Of a stretch of DNA of 38,642 nt, positions 1-12,030 are shown in pieces. The DNA comes from Octopus bimaculoides (lineage: Eukaryota). Position 1 is the stretch's first letter; each line of letters opens with the position of its first letter. A program made the position numbers and the translations under genes. The notes below the pieces were generated by a model. The model saw nothing but the letters and a program-made list of their open reading frames with translations. It made no database searches and was not told where the DNA came from. The DNA lies in assembly GCF_001194135.2 (NCBI RefSeq), contig NC_069004.1, positions 6,820,962 through 6,859,603 of the forward strand, in the 5' to 3' direction.

Positions 1-132
1 TATATATATATATGCACATATTTATACATATACTCACGTAACTACGTATAAATACATTTATACACACTCATCTTCCTATCTATCTCTAAATATATATACA
101 TACATACACACAAACACATATATATGTATATA

Positions 133-171
<39 letters not shown>

Positions 172-1196
172 TATATATATAAGTATACAGGTATACACAC
201 ACATACACGCACAGACATATACATATACATATATATATATGTACGTATTCATGTGTGTATGTGTGTACGTATGTATGCATGCATGTGCGAAAATTATTAG
301 GAAAGGTGTAACATTGCTAAAAAGTAGATACACATAGAAATTCGCCCTTTCAAACACACATGCACATACACACACACATACACACACACACACATATACA
401 CATACACAATGTGTTGGCTTGTGCATGTATGTGCTTGTATATGCATGTATGTGTTATGTTCTTATATATTGATGGCTTCACGTAGAGTAATGCATGGGTA
501 GACAGTAAGTAAATACGGCCATTAAAATGGCGATCTATTTCTGTGCAGAACTTATATTCAGGAAAAAAAAATTGCATGAAACGATAAGAAAAGAAAATGG
601 AAAAAAATTTTAAATGTGGTGTAAAAGAGAGAGAAATATTAATTTGAGTCACGTAAAATCTTTCAAAACCTCATCATCGTTTGAAATGTTTAAAGAAGAA
701 AAAAGAATATAAAAAAAAAGATGTTAACAAATATTAGTTTCCATCAGTACCAAGGATTGAACCTACTAAGAACTATTTCATGCCCACTGTGTGATGAGAT
801 AATTCAACATTTCTCTCACGAATCTCTGCTTTTTAATTTTTATGTATATTATCTTTTATATTCTTTTGCTAGCCGACCTGTCAAAATTTTTTTTTTTCAT
901 GTATTCTTTTCTCTGCCGTTTTGAGTGTTCTTTTTGTTTTGTTTCTTTTTTTCTTTCTATATTTAGAGTATTTTTTTTACTTATTCTATTATTTTGTAAT
1001 AGTAATTTTTACAACGGATAATTCGTTACACACATTATATATATNNNNNNNNNNNNNNNNNNNNNNNNNNNNNNNNNNNNNNNNNNNNNNNNNNNNNNNN
1101 NNNNNNNNNNNNNNNNNNNNNNNNNNNNNNNNNNNNNNNNNNNNNNNNNNNNNNNNNNNNNNNNNNNNNNNNNNNNNNNNNNNNNNNNNNNNNNNN

Positions 1197-1227
<31 letters not shown>

Positions 1228-2177
1228 GAGAGAGAGAGGGAGACAGATGCAAACATATATACATTAGTATGTATATATAGGCACACCTATATATATATAC
1301 ATATACATGCACACACATTTGTATAAGCATGTACATATATATATAGAGAGATATATTTATCCATAAGCATACATACACATATTTGCGAATGCATATGCAT
1401 GTATGTATATTATATATATATGTATACGTAGATGTATACACTCACACACAAATTTATACTACATATATTATAATTATACATACACTTAGGTTTATATAGA
1501 TATCCATTTGTACGTTTATACTCATCTATATACGTCTGTGCGTTCATGTTTATATGTGTTTCTTTGTGTGTGCGACTACTTTGAATGGTTTTCTTGTAGG
1601 CGTATCAGCATGTAGATTTGGAGTATATAATAATGTATACACTCTCGGTACAGATGAACGCTTTATAATTTTATTTTTATTTTTATTTTATTTTATTTCT
1701 TCTTACTTCGGCAATTCTTCCAGCTTTCACACTCTGCCCATTTAGATTCTCATCGCACGCGTTAAGTGCATTTTGGGGCTCTTAGTTTACCTATATGCCA
1801 TCTCATCTGATTGAAATATTGTTCCGCCACGTGCAACCTCTCAAATATCTATCACCATTTCAAGTAAAATAAAATTTGAAAAAACGGTAAAAGAACTGAG
1901 AAAAATAATATAGAGCTATTGATAGTCGGATTGTATTTATTTACTGACAAATATGGAAATCGTGTCAGTAAACAAGTGACGAGAATTGTGTAACGCACCA
2001 AGCAGTTTAGCATACGACAACCATGGAGCGAATAGTATAAAAGAAATGCTTAACTTCTACAGACTTTTGCAAACAACAATGGACATGTCAGAAACGTTAT
2101 CAACACACATGTTCGCACTTATTACAAGATTGATATGAAACTAAAGTTTTATCGTTTATCGTTCTTTATTGTTTTTT

Positions 2178-2410
2178 TTTTCCAGTTTTTTTATTGCAAC
2201 CCTTCTGGGGGCACAGCAATAATGTGTGTTTAAGTCGAACAAATTTTTCCCACTACTCATTCAGATTTTTTTTTTTTTTTTTAAGTCTGGTGCTTAATCT
2301 ATCGGTCGCTTTTTGCTGAATCGCTATTTTAAGGAAATGTAAACAAACCAACACCAGTCGTGAAGCATTGCATTAGGAGCAACAAACGCTGACACAACGA
2401 CACACACGCA
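2178..2410 (-). mobile_element. SINE family B, diverged 3' part (antisense)
   Basis: Blocks gtcgaacaaat, taagtctggtgcttaatctatcggtcgctttttgctgaatcgct and gtaaacaaaccaacaccagt match the copy at 34997-35138 and the reverse complement of 37620-37790. Confidence 0.7.
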
Positions 2411-3779
2411 CACATATAAACATACATGCATGCATATATATANNNNNNNNNNNNNNNNNNNNNNNNNNNNNNNNNNNNNNNNNNNNNNNNNNNNNNNNNN
2501 NNNNNNNNNNNNNNNNNNNNNNNNNNNNNNNNNNNNNNNNNNNNNNNNNNNNNNNNNNNNNNNNNNNNNNNNNNNNNNNNNNNNNNNNNNNNNNNNNNNN
2601 NNNNNNNNNNNNNNNNNNNNNNNNNNNNNNNNNNNNNNNNNNNNNNNNNNNNNNNNNNNNNNNNNNNNNNNNNNNNNNNNNNNNNNNNNNNNNNNNNNNN
2701 NNNNNNNNNNNNNNNNNNNNNNNNNNNNNNNNNNNNNNNNNNNNNNNNNNNNNNNNNNNNNNNNNNNNNNNNNNNNNNNNNNNNNNNNNNNNNNNNNNNN
2801 NNNNNNNNNNNNNNNNNNNNNNNNNNNNNNNNNNNNNNNNNNNNNNNNNNNNNNNNNNNNNNNNNNNNNNNNNNNNNNNNNNNNNNNNNNNNATATATAT
2901 GTAAACTTATGTATGTATATGTGTGTATGTATATGTGCATGCCTGCGCCTACCGTTTATAATAGATTTATCCGGAATTTACAAAAGCACCAATTTGAAAC
3001 GGAAAGAGGCAGCAAACCCATCGATCGAACACGAACCATTTATCTGTGGTTTGACAGTTAATTGATAATTTCATGTGTTAATGTTTGTAATAAAATTAAA
3101 CGTCATCGTTGTTGCTGTTGTTGTTGTTTTTTTTTATGGTTTCAGCACCCGATTAGGCTTGATTGAGTTGAACCAAGATCAAAGGTTGCGCTGTTATGAC
3201 CTTTCCAATGTTTGCGTTCTTGAAAATGGTAGTTTATGACATGAAAGGATTTTACTTCCTATTTCTAGCGGATCAAATGACCGATAAGACGCTCCTTTAT
3301 TGTTTCGTAAAAATGCTTACGGTCAAAGACACTTAATCGTTTATCATTCGATGAAGAAATACCAGTCGATAACAATAAACATTTGTTTCTATGTAATCGA
3401 TATTCAAGGATGGTCCTACCTACAACCCATCAAGAATGGGGAAAATTAGTGTCCTGTGATATAACTACGGGGCGTGTCGACCTTTCCTAGCTGCGTTGGC
3501 CCCACCTAACAGTACTTGGTATGATATCATATCCAGAGTTACCGGTCCCCTTCGAAAAACCAGTATAATATTGAATCTTATAGCAGAAACTTGCCTGAAT
3601 TCTTCCCAAAACTTATTAACTATTTTTCCTTAAAATTAATAGTAGTCTTGGAACGTGCTGCATATTTTCGTTCCATAAATTCCTCCAAAATTCTTGAAAA
3701 TATATTGATGCTAGCATATTCTCTAGAACCATGTTCTCGTATTTGCTTAATTCTTTATACCTTATTCTTCTAAAAGTAA

Positions 3780-4200
3780 AAAAGAAAAAAGGCAATCCAT
3801 TCCTCGCAACCTCTTATTCTGCTTGATTTTACTGATAAGATTTTGTTAAGCCTTGTTTTCCTTTCTAGGATCTCCTCTGCATTTATTTTTATTTTTCTTC
3901 TTACTGATATGCTATATTATGAGTATTTGTTTCTTTGATTCCACTCCAACGCCTTTAGTTTCGTATTAGATCTTTCCAATCGCCATATCGCTGCGTAAAG
4001 ATAGATAAGTCTTTCTGCGCGTATTTTCGTTTCATGTTTTTTCAATTTTACGCAGTATATTTTCCTCTATTTCTTTCGATAGGTTTTGCTGTGGACCGTC
4101 TTACACTATTCGGATCAAGTTCTGTTTCCCTTGATAAACCTATTCCTACTGAATATAGACAATCATTCACACTATTGTAATTCACGTTTTATTTCCTTTC
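3780..4200 (-). pseudogene. Degraded non-LTR retrotransposon (RTE-like) ORF remnant, region C-terminal to the RT core
   Basis: Minus-strand translation KLKKHETKIRAERLIYLYAAIWRLERSNTKLKALEW...KINAEEILERKTRLNKIL resembles the RTE-type pattern TKIRLY..LLYGAETW.L....LEAFE....I...NEEVL.R. It contains stops and deletions and was matched by eye only. Confidence 0.45.
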
Positions 4201-4592
4201 AAAGACCTTCTTGTAGTCTTTTAATCCTTCGTGCAGCTGCATGCTTGCTACTGGCGCAGAAATTCAAAGTAATCTCACGTCCGTTGATTACATTCTGGTC
4301 ACTTCTGATTTTGTAGTGGATTTTCAGAGATTTTCTCAGACAAGGATATAACAGAAGTTACTTTCGAAGAGAGAAGAAAGTTCTTATGAACACAACAGAG
4401 TATTTAATCCATGGAGTTGAAAATGTAGAAAGAAATGTATGGAGTAACTGAGTCACGATTTCGTGTCGTAGCGTAGTATCGTCAAGCACGCTAATAGCAT
4501 ATAGCGTATCGTTTTTCTACAGTGTTTATATCAAACAAGTGCCGTTTGCAGATTCTAATTTCATGAGGTATAGTAATTCTGTTCAACATGTG

Positions 4593-4623
<31 letters not shown>

Positions 4624-4632
4624 GTATATGTG

Positions 4633-4633
<1 letters not shown>

Positions 4634-4705
<72 letters not shown>

Positions 4706-4755
4706 GGATGGATAGATAGATAGATAGATCGATAGATAGATCGATAGATAGATAG
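4634..4755. repeat. (GATA)n microsatellite
   Basis: Direct reading. Further (GATA)n tracts at about 9303-9370 and 9797-9860, and (CTAT)n at about 36048-36121. Confidence 0.97.
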
Positions 4756-4764
4756 ACAGACAAG

Positions 4765-4830
4765 TACGTGGCACCTTGGGCGAGTGTCTTCTACTATAGC
4801 CTCGGGCCGACCAAAGCCTTGTGAGTGGAT
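4765..4830 (+). mobile_element. SINE family B internal fragment
   Basis: cgtggcaccttgggcgagtgtcttctactatagcctcgggccgaccaaagccttgtgagtggat is homologous to 11945-11990 and to the sequence flanking the MITE at 37275-37545. Confidence 0.8.
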
Positions 4831-4963
4831 GCTGCTGTCTTAAGAAGTTTTCCTCTTTTGTCGTTAAAAGCACGAAATGGGCCAGTAATATATATTTTTT
4901 ATTTATTTGTAATCGAACACCACGCAGCCTTGTCCACAGTAAGTTCACAGCTTTTCAGTAAGT

Positions 4964-5271
4964 AACAGGTACTTAATTCATCGATCCCTAAAAGATAAAA
5001 AGCAATGTCGACCTCGGCGAAATTTGAACTCAGAACGTAAAGACAGACGAAATACGGCTAAGCACTTCGCCCGGTGTACCAACGTTTGTCCCAGATCACC
5101 ACCTTCTAATCTATTCTACACTAGGCACAAGGCCTATACTCCAGTACACAACTGGTACTTAATTTATCGAACCCCAAAGGATAAAAGGAAAATTCGACCT
5201 CGGCCGAATTTGAACTCAGAACGTAAAGCATTTCGCCCGACGTGTTATGGATTCTGCCTGCTCGCCGCCTT
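4964..5271 (-). mobile_element. Two adjacent SINE family A copies (antisense, internally deleted)
   Basis: Both contain cgacctcggc..aatttgaactcagaacgtaaa and ggtacttaatt.atcga, the reverse complement of the family A core seen at 7590-7670 and 38140-38215. The 5' end ctcgccgcctt is at about 5261-5271. Confidence 0.85.
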
Positions 5272-6453
5272 TAGATTACAAGAAATATTAACAAGTTTCA
5301 TTTCATTAAATATTTTAACGGGNNNNNNNNNNNNNNNNNNNNNNNNNNNNNNNNNNNNNNNNNNNNNNNNNNNNNNNNNNNNNNNNNNNNNNNNNNNNNN
5401 NNNNNNNNNNNNNNNNNNNNNNNNNNNNNNNNNNNNNNNNNNNNNNNNNATATATATATATATAACTATATATATCTTTAAAATTTTTAAATAAGAAGGA
5501 AAAAATGACTTATTAAAGGAAAACAAATGTATGAAAATGCTATTTCTGATTTTAGAAAATACGTCACATGTTCCCATAAAATATATTTGAAATTAAGAAA
5601 TATGTCACGTGATCCGCGTAAAAATTAGATTTGTAATTGAGAAATACGTCATGTTGAGCCCATAAAACATAATATGTAAGATTTATAGATAAAAAAAAAT
5701 AACGAAGAAAAATGAGTTCGTTAATAGAAAAACGAAAAACATAAGTAGAATCACTTATATATGGTTGACAAAACTTAAGGGCATATATATATACATATAT
5801 ATTATATACGTATATATATATATTCTTATGTTTAGATCTATGGGTGTACGTATATATGTATGTGCATGTATACATACATGCATATAAAATTTGATATAAA
5901 TATATTTATATACATATGTATCTATTTATATCTATAGCTATAGATTTGTATGTATATGTGTGTATATATAAATCTGTGTGTGTGTTCCTATATGTGTGAG
6001 TGTGTATGTATGTATGTATGTATGTATATGTGTGTGAGTGTGTATATGTTTATGACTGCATTTACGTGTCTGAATATGCGTTTAATTATTCGTGTGTGTG
6101 AAAGTGTTAATATATTCGAGGGGCTCTGTGTGTGTGTGTATGTGTGTGCGTGCGTGTGTATGATGATCCTTCGTCGAAACTATGTGGCTGAATGATTGAT
6201 TAAATAATATACCTCTCTTCACGTGTCATGCTCAGCATAATAGAGAGATTCATTATGGGCCAGAAACGGAATATTGCTTAATCTCTGGAGAAATATATCC
6301 CGCCCTCACTCCCACACACACTCTCAGTCTCTCCCCCACCTCTCTCTCTTTTCCTCTCTTTCTCTCTTCCTCTTAATCTAACTGTCTATTTATCTATCTT
6401 TCAATCTCATTCACATATCGACATATTCGCATATAACATAAACACACAAACGT

Positions 6454-6484
<31 letters not shown>

Positions 6485-6584
6485 CATACATTCTTACTAA
6501 AGTGTGACATAAAAAAAAATCGTGATAGCGTTAAGAATTAGAGAAATACGAAAGTTAATTTCAAACAAAATAACATTAAAAAAA

Positions 6585-6587
<3 letters not shown>

Positions 6588-6647
<60 letters not shown>

Positions 6648-7004
6648 TAGAAGAAGAAGAAGAAGAAGAAGAAGAAGAAGAAGAAGAAGAAGAAGAAGAA
6701 GAAGAAGAAGAAGAAGAAGAAGAAGAAGGAGGAGGAGGAGGAGGAGGAGGAGGAAGAGGAGTGATAATTGCGCAGGATGTTGAAATGTTGAAATAAGAAT
6801 GAAATATTGAATAATTGAGAAATAAAATGTGGAAAACACGTCAAAACTCGAAAAAAAAATCATTGTAGGAAATAATGGGTTGAATAATGAGAAGGGTTTC
6901 ATAATAATAATAATAATAACAATAATAATAATAATGGTAATGATAATAACAACAACAACAACAACAATAAAAAGAACGATAAAAATGATAACAACAACAA
7001 CAAC

Positions 7005-7045
<41 letters not shown>

Positions 7046-7262
7046 TATTCAGACAAATACATAACAGAAACACCAGGACTTACAAATATATATAACATAC
7101 AGAAAATTGCACTACTGGGCACTGCACACATCCTACGCAAAACACTTTCAATACAGTAACCATAAGAGCACCACAGCAAACCACAGCACATACCCAAGGC
7201 ACACAGAGCTGCGCTCGGTAGTGAAGTGAAAGCACGTTATAAAAATATAACTACTGAACAAC

Positions 7263-7311
<49 letters not shown>

Positions 7312-7372
7312 TTAATAATAAAAAAAATAATTAAAAAATACTAATAATAATGATGATGATGATGATGATGAC
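6588..7372. repeat. Compound trinucleotide microsatellite region: (AAT)n-(AGA)n-(GGA)n, then (AAT/AAC)n and (AAT)n-(GAT)n
   Basis: Direct reading; explains the homopolymeric ORFs at 6576-7197. Confidence 0.97.
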
Positions 7373-7522
7373 GATTTCAGTTATTTACCACAACGGCCAT
7401 GAACGTGGGGCACAATACAGAGACAGTCATAAAGTATTGGGGTTTACATATAATGAAATGATAAATGAATGTAAGTATATACGGTATACACAGAATAAGA
7501 AGGGACCTATGCATACAAAAGT

Positions 7523-8201
7523 AAAGGGGTGAGGGAGATATGGCCCTCCTGATAAAGACAAAACGCTTCGCTGCATTTCTTCCCACTTCAAGATCTGAGT
7601 TCAAATTCCTCCGAGGTCGACTGTGCCTCTTATCCTTACGGGGTCGGTAAAATAAGTACCAATTGATCACTCGGGTCGATGTGATCGACTTACTCTTGCC
7701 ACGCAAATGTTGGCCTTATGCCAAAATTTTAAACCAATTTACACAGGCATGAAGGCGGCGAGATGGCAGAGGCGTTAGCACGCTGAGGAAGATGCTTAGC
7801 GGCATTTCGCCTACCTTCATGTTCTGAGTTCAAATTCTGCCGAGGAACGCCTTTGACGTTCGTCCTTTTTGTGTTCGATAAAACAAGTATCAGTTGATCA
7901 CTGGTTGTCGATCTAATCGACTTACTTCCACCCGCAGCTTGCTGGCCTTGTACGAAAATTTTAAACCAATATACACAAGCATGAAAGCGGCAAGTTGGCA
8001 GAATCATTAGCATGTCGACCATGAAGCTTAGCCGCATTTCGCCTGTCTTTAGGTTCTGAGTTCAAATTCTGCCGAGGGCCACTTTGACTTCCGTCCTTTT
8101 GTGTTCAATATACATAAGTATCAGTTGATCACTTGAAGGCGATCTAATTGACTTACTTCCATCCAGAGCTACCTGGCCTTGTACCAGAATTCGGAATCAA
8201 T
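7523..8201 (+). mobile_element. Three head-to-tail SINE family A copies (period about 232 bp)
   Basis: tctgagttcaaattc (B-box-like), aagta.ca.ttgatcact, gat.taat.gacttact and ggcctt each recur three times; catgaa starts at 7748 and 7980. Confidence 0.88.
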
Positions 8202-9301
8202 GTTAATCTAGTATTTAGGGCACCTGCCTTCAGCAATTTTTAACGATGTAATCCGTTCGGGTACCATAATAACGAGTCGTGTCTGCATAGATAAGCCAAT
8301 ATGGTGAATTTGTCTGTATACGTTTAAGATGTCAATGTGTATGTACAATTCAAATAGAACTCGGATTTCGCATAATTATTTCATAACATGTTTCAGAAAA
8401 TGTATTTAAACGAGTAGAATATCAGAACTAACTCTAATTAAAACAGGTAATTACATATCCAATAGCTTTAATGGTCGAAAACGTAAATGTTAAAATAAGA
8501 TATATGAAAGAGATTTCAGAAACTATTCCGGTTCGTAAAATTAAGAGTTATAATATTTAGTAATTATATAATAATGAAAATGGTAGAAAAGAATTATGAT
8601 ACGTTTATTAATTGTAATAATAATTATAGTAATCATTTTATAATAATTGGGTATTAATNNNNNNNNNNNNNNNNNNNNNNNNNNNNNNNNNNNNNNNNNN
8701 NNNNNNNNNNNNNNNNNNNNNNNNNNNNNNNNNNNNNNNNNNNNNNNNNNNNNNNNNNNNNNNNNNNNNNNNNNNNNNNNNNNNNNNNNNNNNNNNNNNN
8801 NNNNNNNNNNNNNNNNNNNNNNNNNNNNNNNNNNNNNNNNNNNNNNNNNNNNNNNNNNNNNNNNNNNNNNNNNNNNNNNNNNNNNNNNNNNNNNNNNNNN
8901 NNNNNNNNNNNNNNNNNATATATATATATATATAAGAAACTAGTTAAAAATAATGGTCATTACATATCATTCCTTTATTTGAGCATATTTGGCTTACAGT
9001 TGTTTCTGGTAGTCATTAGAGGTACACTACCGCTAGGTTTACTCAGTTTGTCTACTGATCAATTGAGGCAAATTGAACAACCTCAGAAAGTCAAAGCTGC
9101 TACGTCAAAGCCATTTCTGGATATAACAAAGAATATTCGTGTTATATATATTTGTATGTTGGACCGATGAAATCTACAAGTTTGAAGAGCGTAAGCTCGA
9201 AGCGTAAAAGACTTTTTCATTTTTCCCGAGCGTCAAACTAATACACTTATTTGTTGCTCATACACTTGTCTTCATCTTTTGTTCTTCTGTAAATTTCAAC
9301 T

Positions 9302-9370
<69 letters not shown>

Positions 9371-9444
9371 CTGACAGGCAGGCAGACAGATACATACATA
9401 CGTATTTTTACAAGTTAAAAGCGATATATAAGTTTCTGCTAACT

Positions 9445-9497
9445 TTCGTCAGACTCTCTGACGAAGACAATCGAACCGAAACTTGAAAGTCACTGTC
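9445..9497 (+). ncRNA. Decayed hammerhead-ribozyme-like motif (Penelope pLTR type)
   Basis: CTGACGA 9458-9464, GAAAC 9478-9482, near-palindromic stem III ACTT-GA-AAGT, GTC triplet 9489-9491. Stem II is reduced to one G-C pair and stem I is imperfect. Confidence 0.4.
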
Positions 9498-9794
9498 AAC
9501 ATTTTCAGTGTGAACATAAAAAGATATATATAAATATATTCTATACTAAAAAAGTGCTGAGTAACCCTTCAGCTAGATGTTACTGTGTTTTGTTTTCTGT
9601 TTCTTTTTTCATAGCTTTAATAAAAACAAACATTCATATAGATTTATCGATCGATATATAGATTGATTGACTGGTTGATCGATTAATCGATTGATCACAC
9701 AAGGACAAACAAACGGACACAGACAATAAGTAGGTAGTGGCATCGATCGATAGACAGACGGATAGATAGATATATAGACAGACAGGCATACAGC

Positions 9795-9861
<67 letters not shown>

Positions 9862-10304
9862 AAAATTAAATCAAGCTTTTAGGATCACAGATATGAGAAG
9901 AGATGCTAGGTCTGAAGTCATAACTAAAGATATTCCTGAAATATAATATATTAAGGATATCATGCTAATTTTCTTATATAACGCAACCCATTTAAAATAA
10001 TAGCTAATTATGCAATCAATAGAAGTTTTCATTATTATACAGATGCATTCATAAATATATAATTGTATTATATATTACTATTAACTTGTTATCATTATAT
10101 ATCTTATTTCACCTTTTGCCTCTCATTTTCAACAGCCCTAGCTTTAATCTCTGTTGCTCATTTAAATATTACCAGTATTGAATGTTTATTAGCGTATTTT
10201 AATATGAATAGATGTTTGATTAAGTATTCTCTGCCCTCTAACTTTTAGCCTTACGACCAGATAATATTTCAAATTTATCCATATCCAAATTATATCATTA
10301 TTCG

Positions 10305-10673
10305 TAGCACTCCATCGATTACGGCGACGAGGCTTCTAGTTGATCCGATCAACGGAACAGCCGGCTCGTGAAATTAACGTGCAACTGGTTGAGCACTCTA
10401 CAGTCACGTGTACCCTTAATGTAGTTCTCGGGGTGTTTCACAGAGTGTCACAAGGCCGGTCCTTTGAAATAAAGGTACAACAGAAAAAGGAAGAAAGAGG
10501 GAAAGTTGTGGTGAAAGTATACAGCAGGGTTCACCACCCCTTACCTGCCGGAGCCTCGTGGAGCTTTAGGTGTTTTCGCTCAATAAACACTTATAACGCC
10601 CGGTCTGGGACTCGAAACCGTGACCCTACGACCGCGAGTCCGCTGCCCTTACCACTAGGCCATGTGCCTCCAC
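10305..10673 (-). mobile_element. Near full-length tRNA-derived SINE, family C
   Basis: Minus strand starts gtggaggcacaTGGCCTAGTGGTAAGG (A box) and carries GGTTTCGAGTCC (B box, plus 10608-10619). Its 3' part is homologous to 36993-37100. Confidence 0.85.
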
Positions 10674-10687
10674 GACAGACGAAATAC

Positions 10688-10792
10688 TTTTTCTACTCTA
10701 GGCACAAGGCCCGAAATTTTGGGAGGAAGGAGGGCCAGTCGATTAGATCGATCCCAGTATTCAACTAATACTTAATTTATCGACCCCGAAGG
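10688..10792 (-). mobile_element. SINE family A, 3' half (antisense)
   Basis: ttctactctaggcacaaggcccgaaatttt...cagtcgattagatcgatcccagt...acttaatttatcgaccccgaagg is the reverse complement of 38190-38285. Confidence 0.85.
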
Positions 10793-10794
10793 AA

Positions 10795-11110
10795 ACTTGG
10801 GTCTAGGTTAGAACCCGGCTCTTTATTGGCAAGAAATCTTGAAGTAAAACTGAATAATGACATACATATAAACATACATACATACATACATACCTACATA
10901 CATACTTTCATACGTACATACTCATACATTCATACATACATACATACATACAAAAATACCCTGTTGATGCTGTTAAAATTCCAATGAAGGAGACTTGGAT
11001 CTAGGTGAGAACACGACTCTTTCTCTATTGGCAAGAAATCGTGAAATAAAAGTGAATAATGACATAATACATAATACATACATCCATACATACACACACA
11101 CATACAGCCA
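10795..11110. repeat. Imperfect direct repeat (2 copies, about 195 bp apart), each ending in (CATA)n
   Basis: acttgggtctaggttagaacccggctc..tattggcaagaaatcttgaagtaaaactgaataatgacata versus acttggatctaggtgagaacacgactc..tattggcaagaaatcgtgaaataaaagtgaataatgacata. Confidence 0.85.
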
Positions 11111-11880
11111 GACATACATACAGACAGACATACAAGTTTTACTTATGAATTTTTAATAAATATTTATTACTACTAGTTTTTCATCACGCAACTACAGTGC
11201 ATATCAACTTTTGAATAATTTCAATGATTTTGTCGCCTTCTGGTAATCTTTTTCTAACGTACGCATGTGTCAAGATGCCATGCACTATCTATATATTCTC
11301 ATTAATATGTAAATCCCAGTATTGAAAATATAACATTTAATTACTTTTTAATTATGTTGCCAACTGATGCATAGTTATCCAGAATAAATTAGTTATTTAA
11401 AAGTGATACTTAGTGTTTTCAGGAGATACATATAAGCTAGTAATCTTTACGCTGACAGATAATGTGGTAAGATATCTTCTGTTGAATCTTAAAGCAACAG
11501 ACGAAAGTTTTCACGACAATAAAAGTTTTATCTTGTCTACATACAGAAACACACACACATATACTCTCATCATATATATATATATATTCAAACATGCATA
11601 CATACAAAAATGCATTGGTAGATATGAAGGTCTCTTACAGTTTCCATGTTTCCATCTACCAGATGTACTCATAAGGATTTGGTCGGCCTTACGAAATAGC
11701 AAAAGACAATTATATAGTGATGATGACAAACTCCGAATTTTTATCGTAATGAGTATTCACGTTATCGGGATGTTTCTCACTCTCTCTGTCTCTCACTACC
11801 CGCCTCTCTCTCTATCTCTCTCACACACACACACAAGGACGCACATACAAACAATTATGTATAAATATATACAAGGTGAA

Positions 11881-12030
11881 GGAGTAGGTGTAGGGTAATA
11901 AGGTTGCTTTCCACCCACGTGGTTCCGGGTTCGGTCCCACTAAATGGCACCATGGACAAGTGTCTTCTACTATAGCTTCGGACTGACCACAGTCAGTCCG
12001 AAAGCGGAAACTGAAAGAAACCCGTCATAT
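11881..12030 (+). mobile_element. SINE family B, 5' part with tRNA-like head
   Basis: ggagtaggtgtagggtaataagg (degenerate A box), ggttccgggttcggtccc (B-box-like), then gtgtcttctactatagc and ggaaactgaaagaaacccgtc followed by (TA)n. Confidence 0.8.

Noticed and set aside
1600-1648. Possible micro-exon (GVSACRFGVYNNVYTL or AYQHVDLEYIIMYTLS)
   Set aside because: Two frames are equally open, the donor is weak and there is no homology, so it is indistinguishable from chance.
8397-8448. Segment between a good acceptor (atgtttcag) and donor (ACAG|gtaatt)
   Set aside because: Stops occur in all three frames; a non-coding exon cannot be supported from sequence alone.
9181-9210. Third hammerhead candidate (ttgaaga-gc-gtaa-gctc-gaagc)
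   Set aside because: A GAGC-GTAA-GCTC hairpin exists, but both core boxes are mutated and the topology does not fit cleanly.
10600-10673. tRNA gene
   Set aside because: A and B boxes are present, but the anticodon and acceptor stems do not pair properly and the sequence continues into a SINE body.
10975-11015. Hammerhead-like layout in ccaatgaagg...ctaggtgagaac
   Set aside because: Neither CUGANGA nor GAAA is present in either copy of the repeat.
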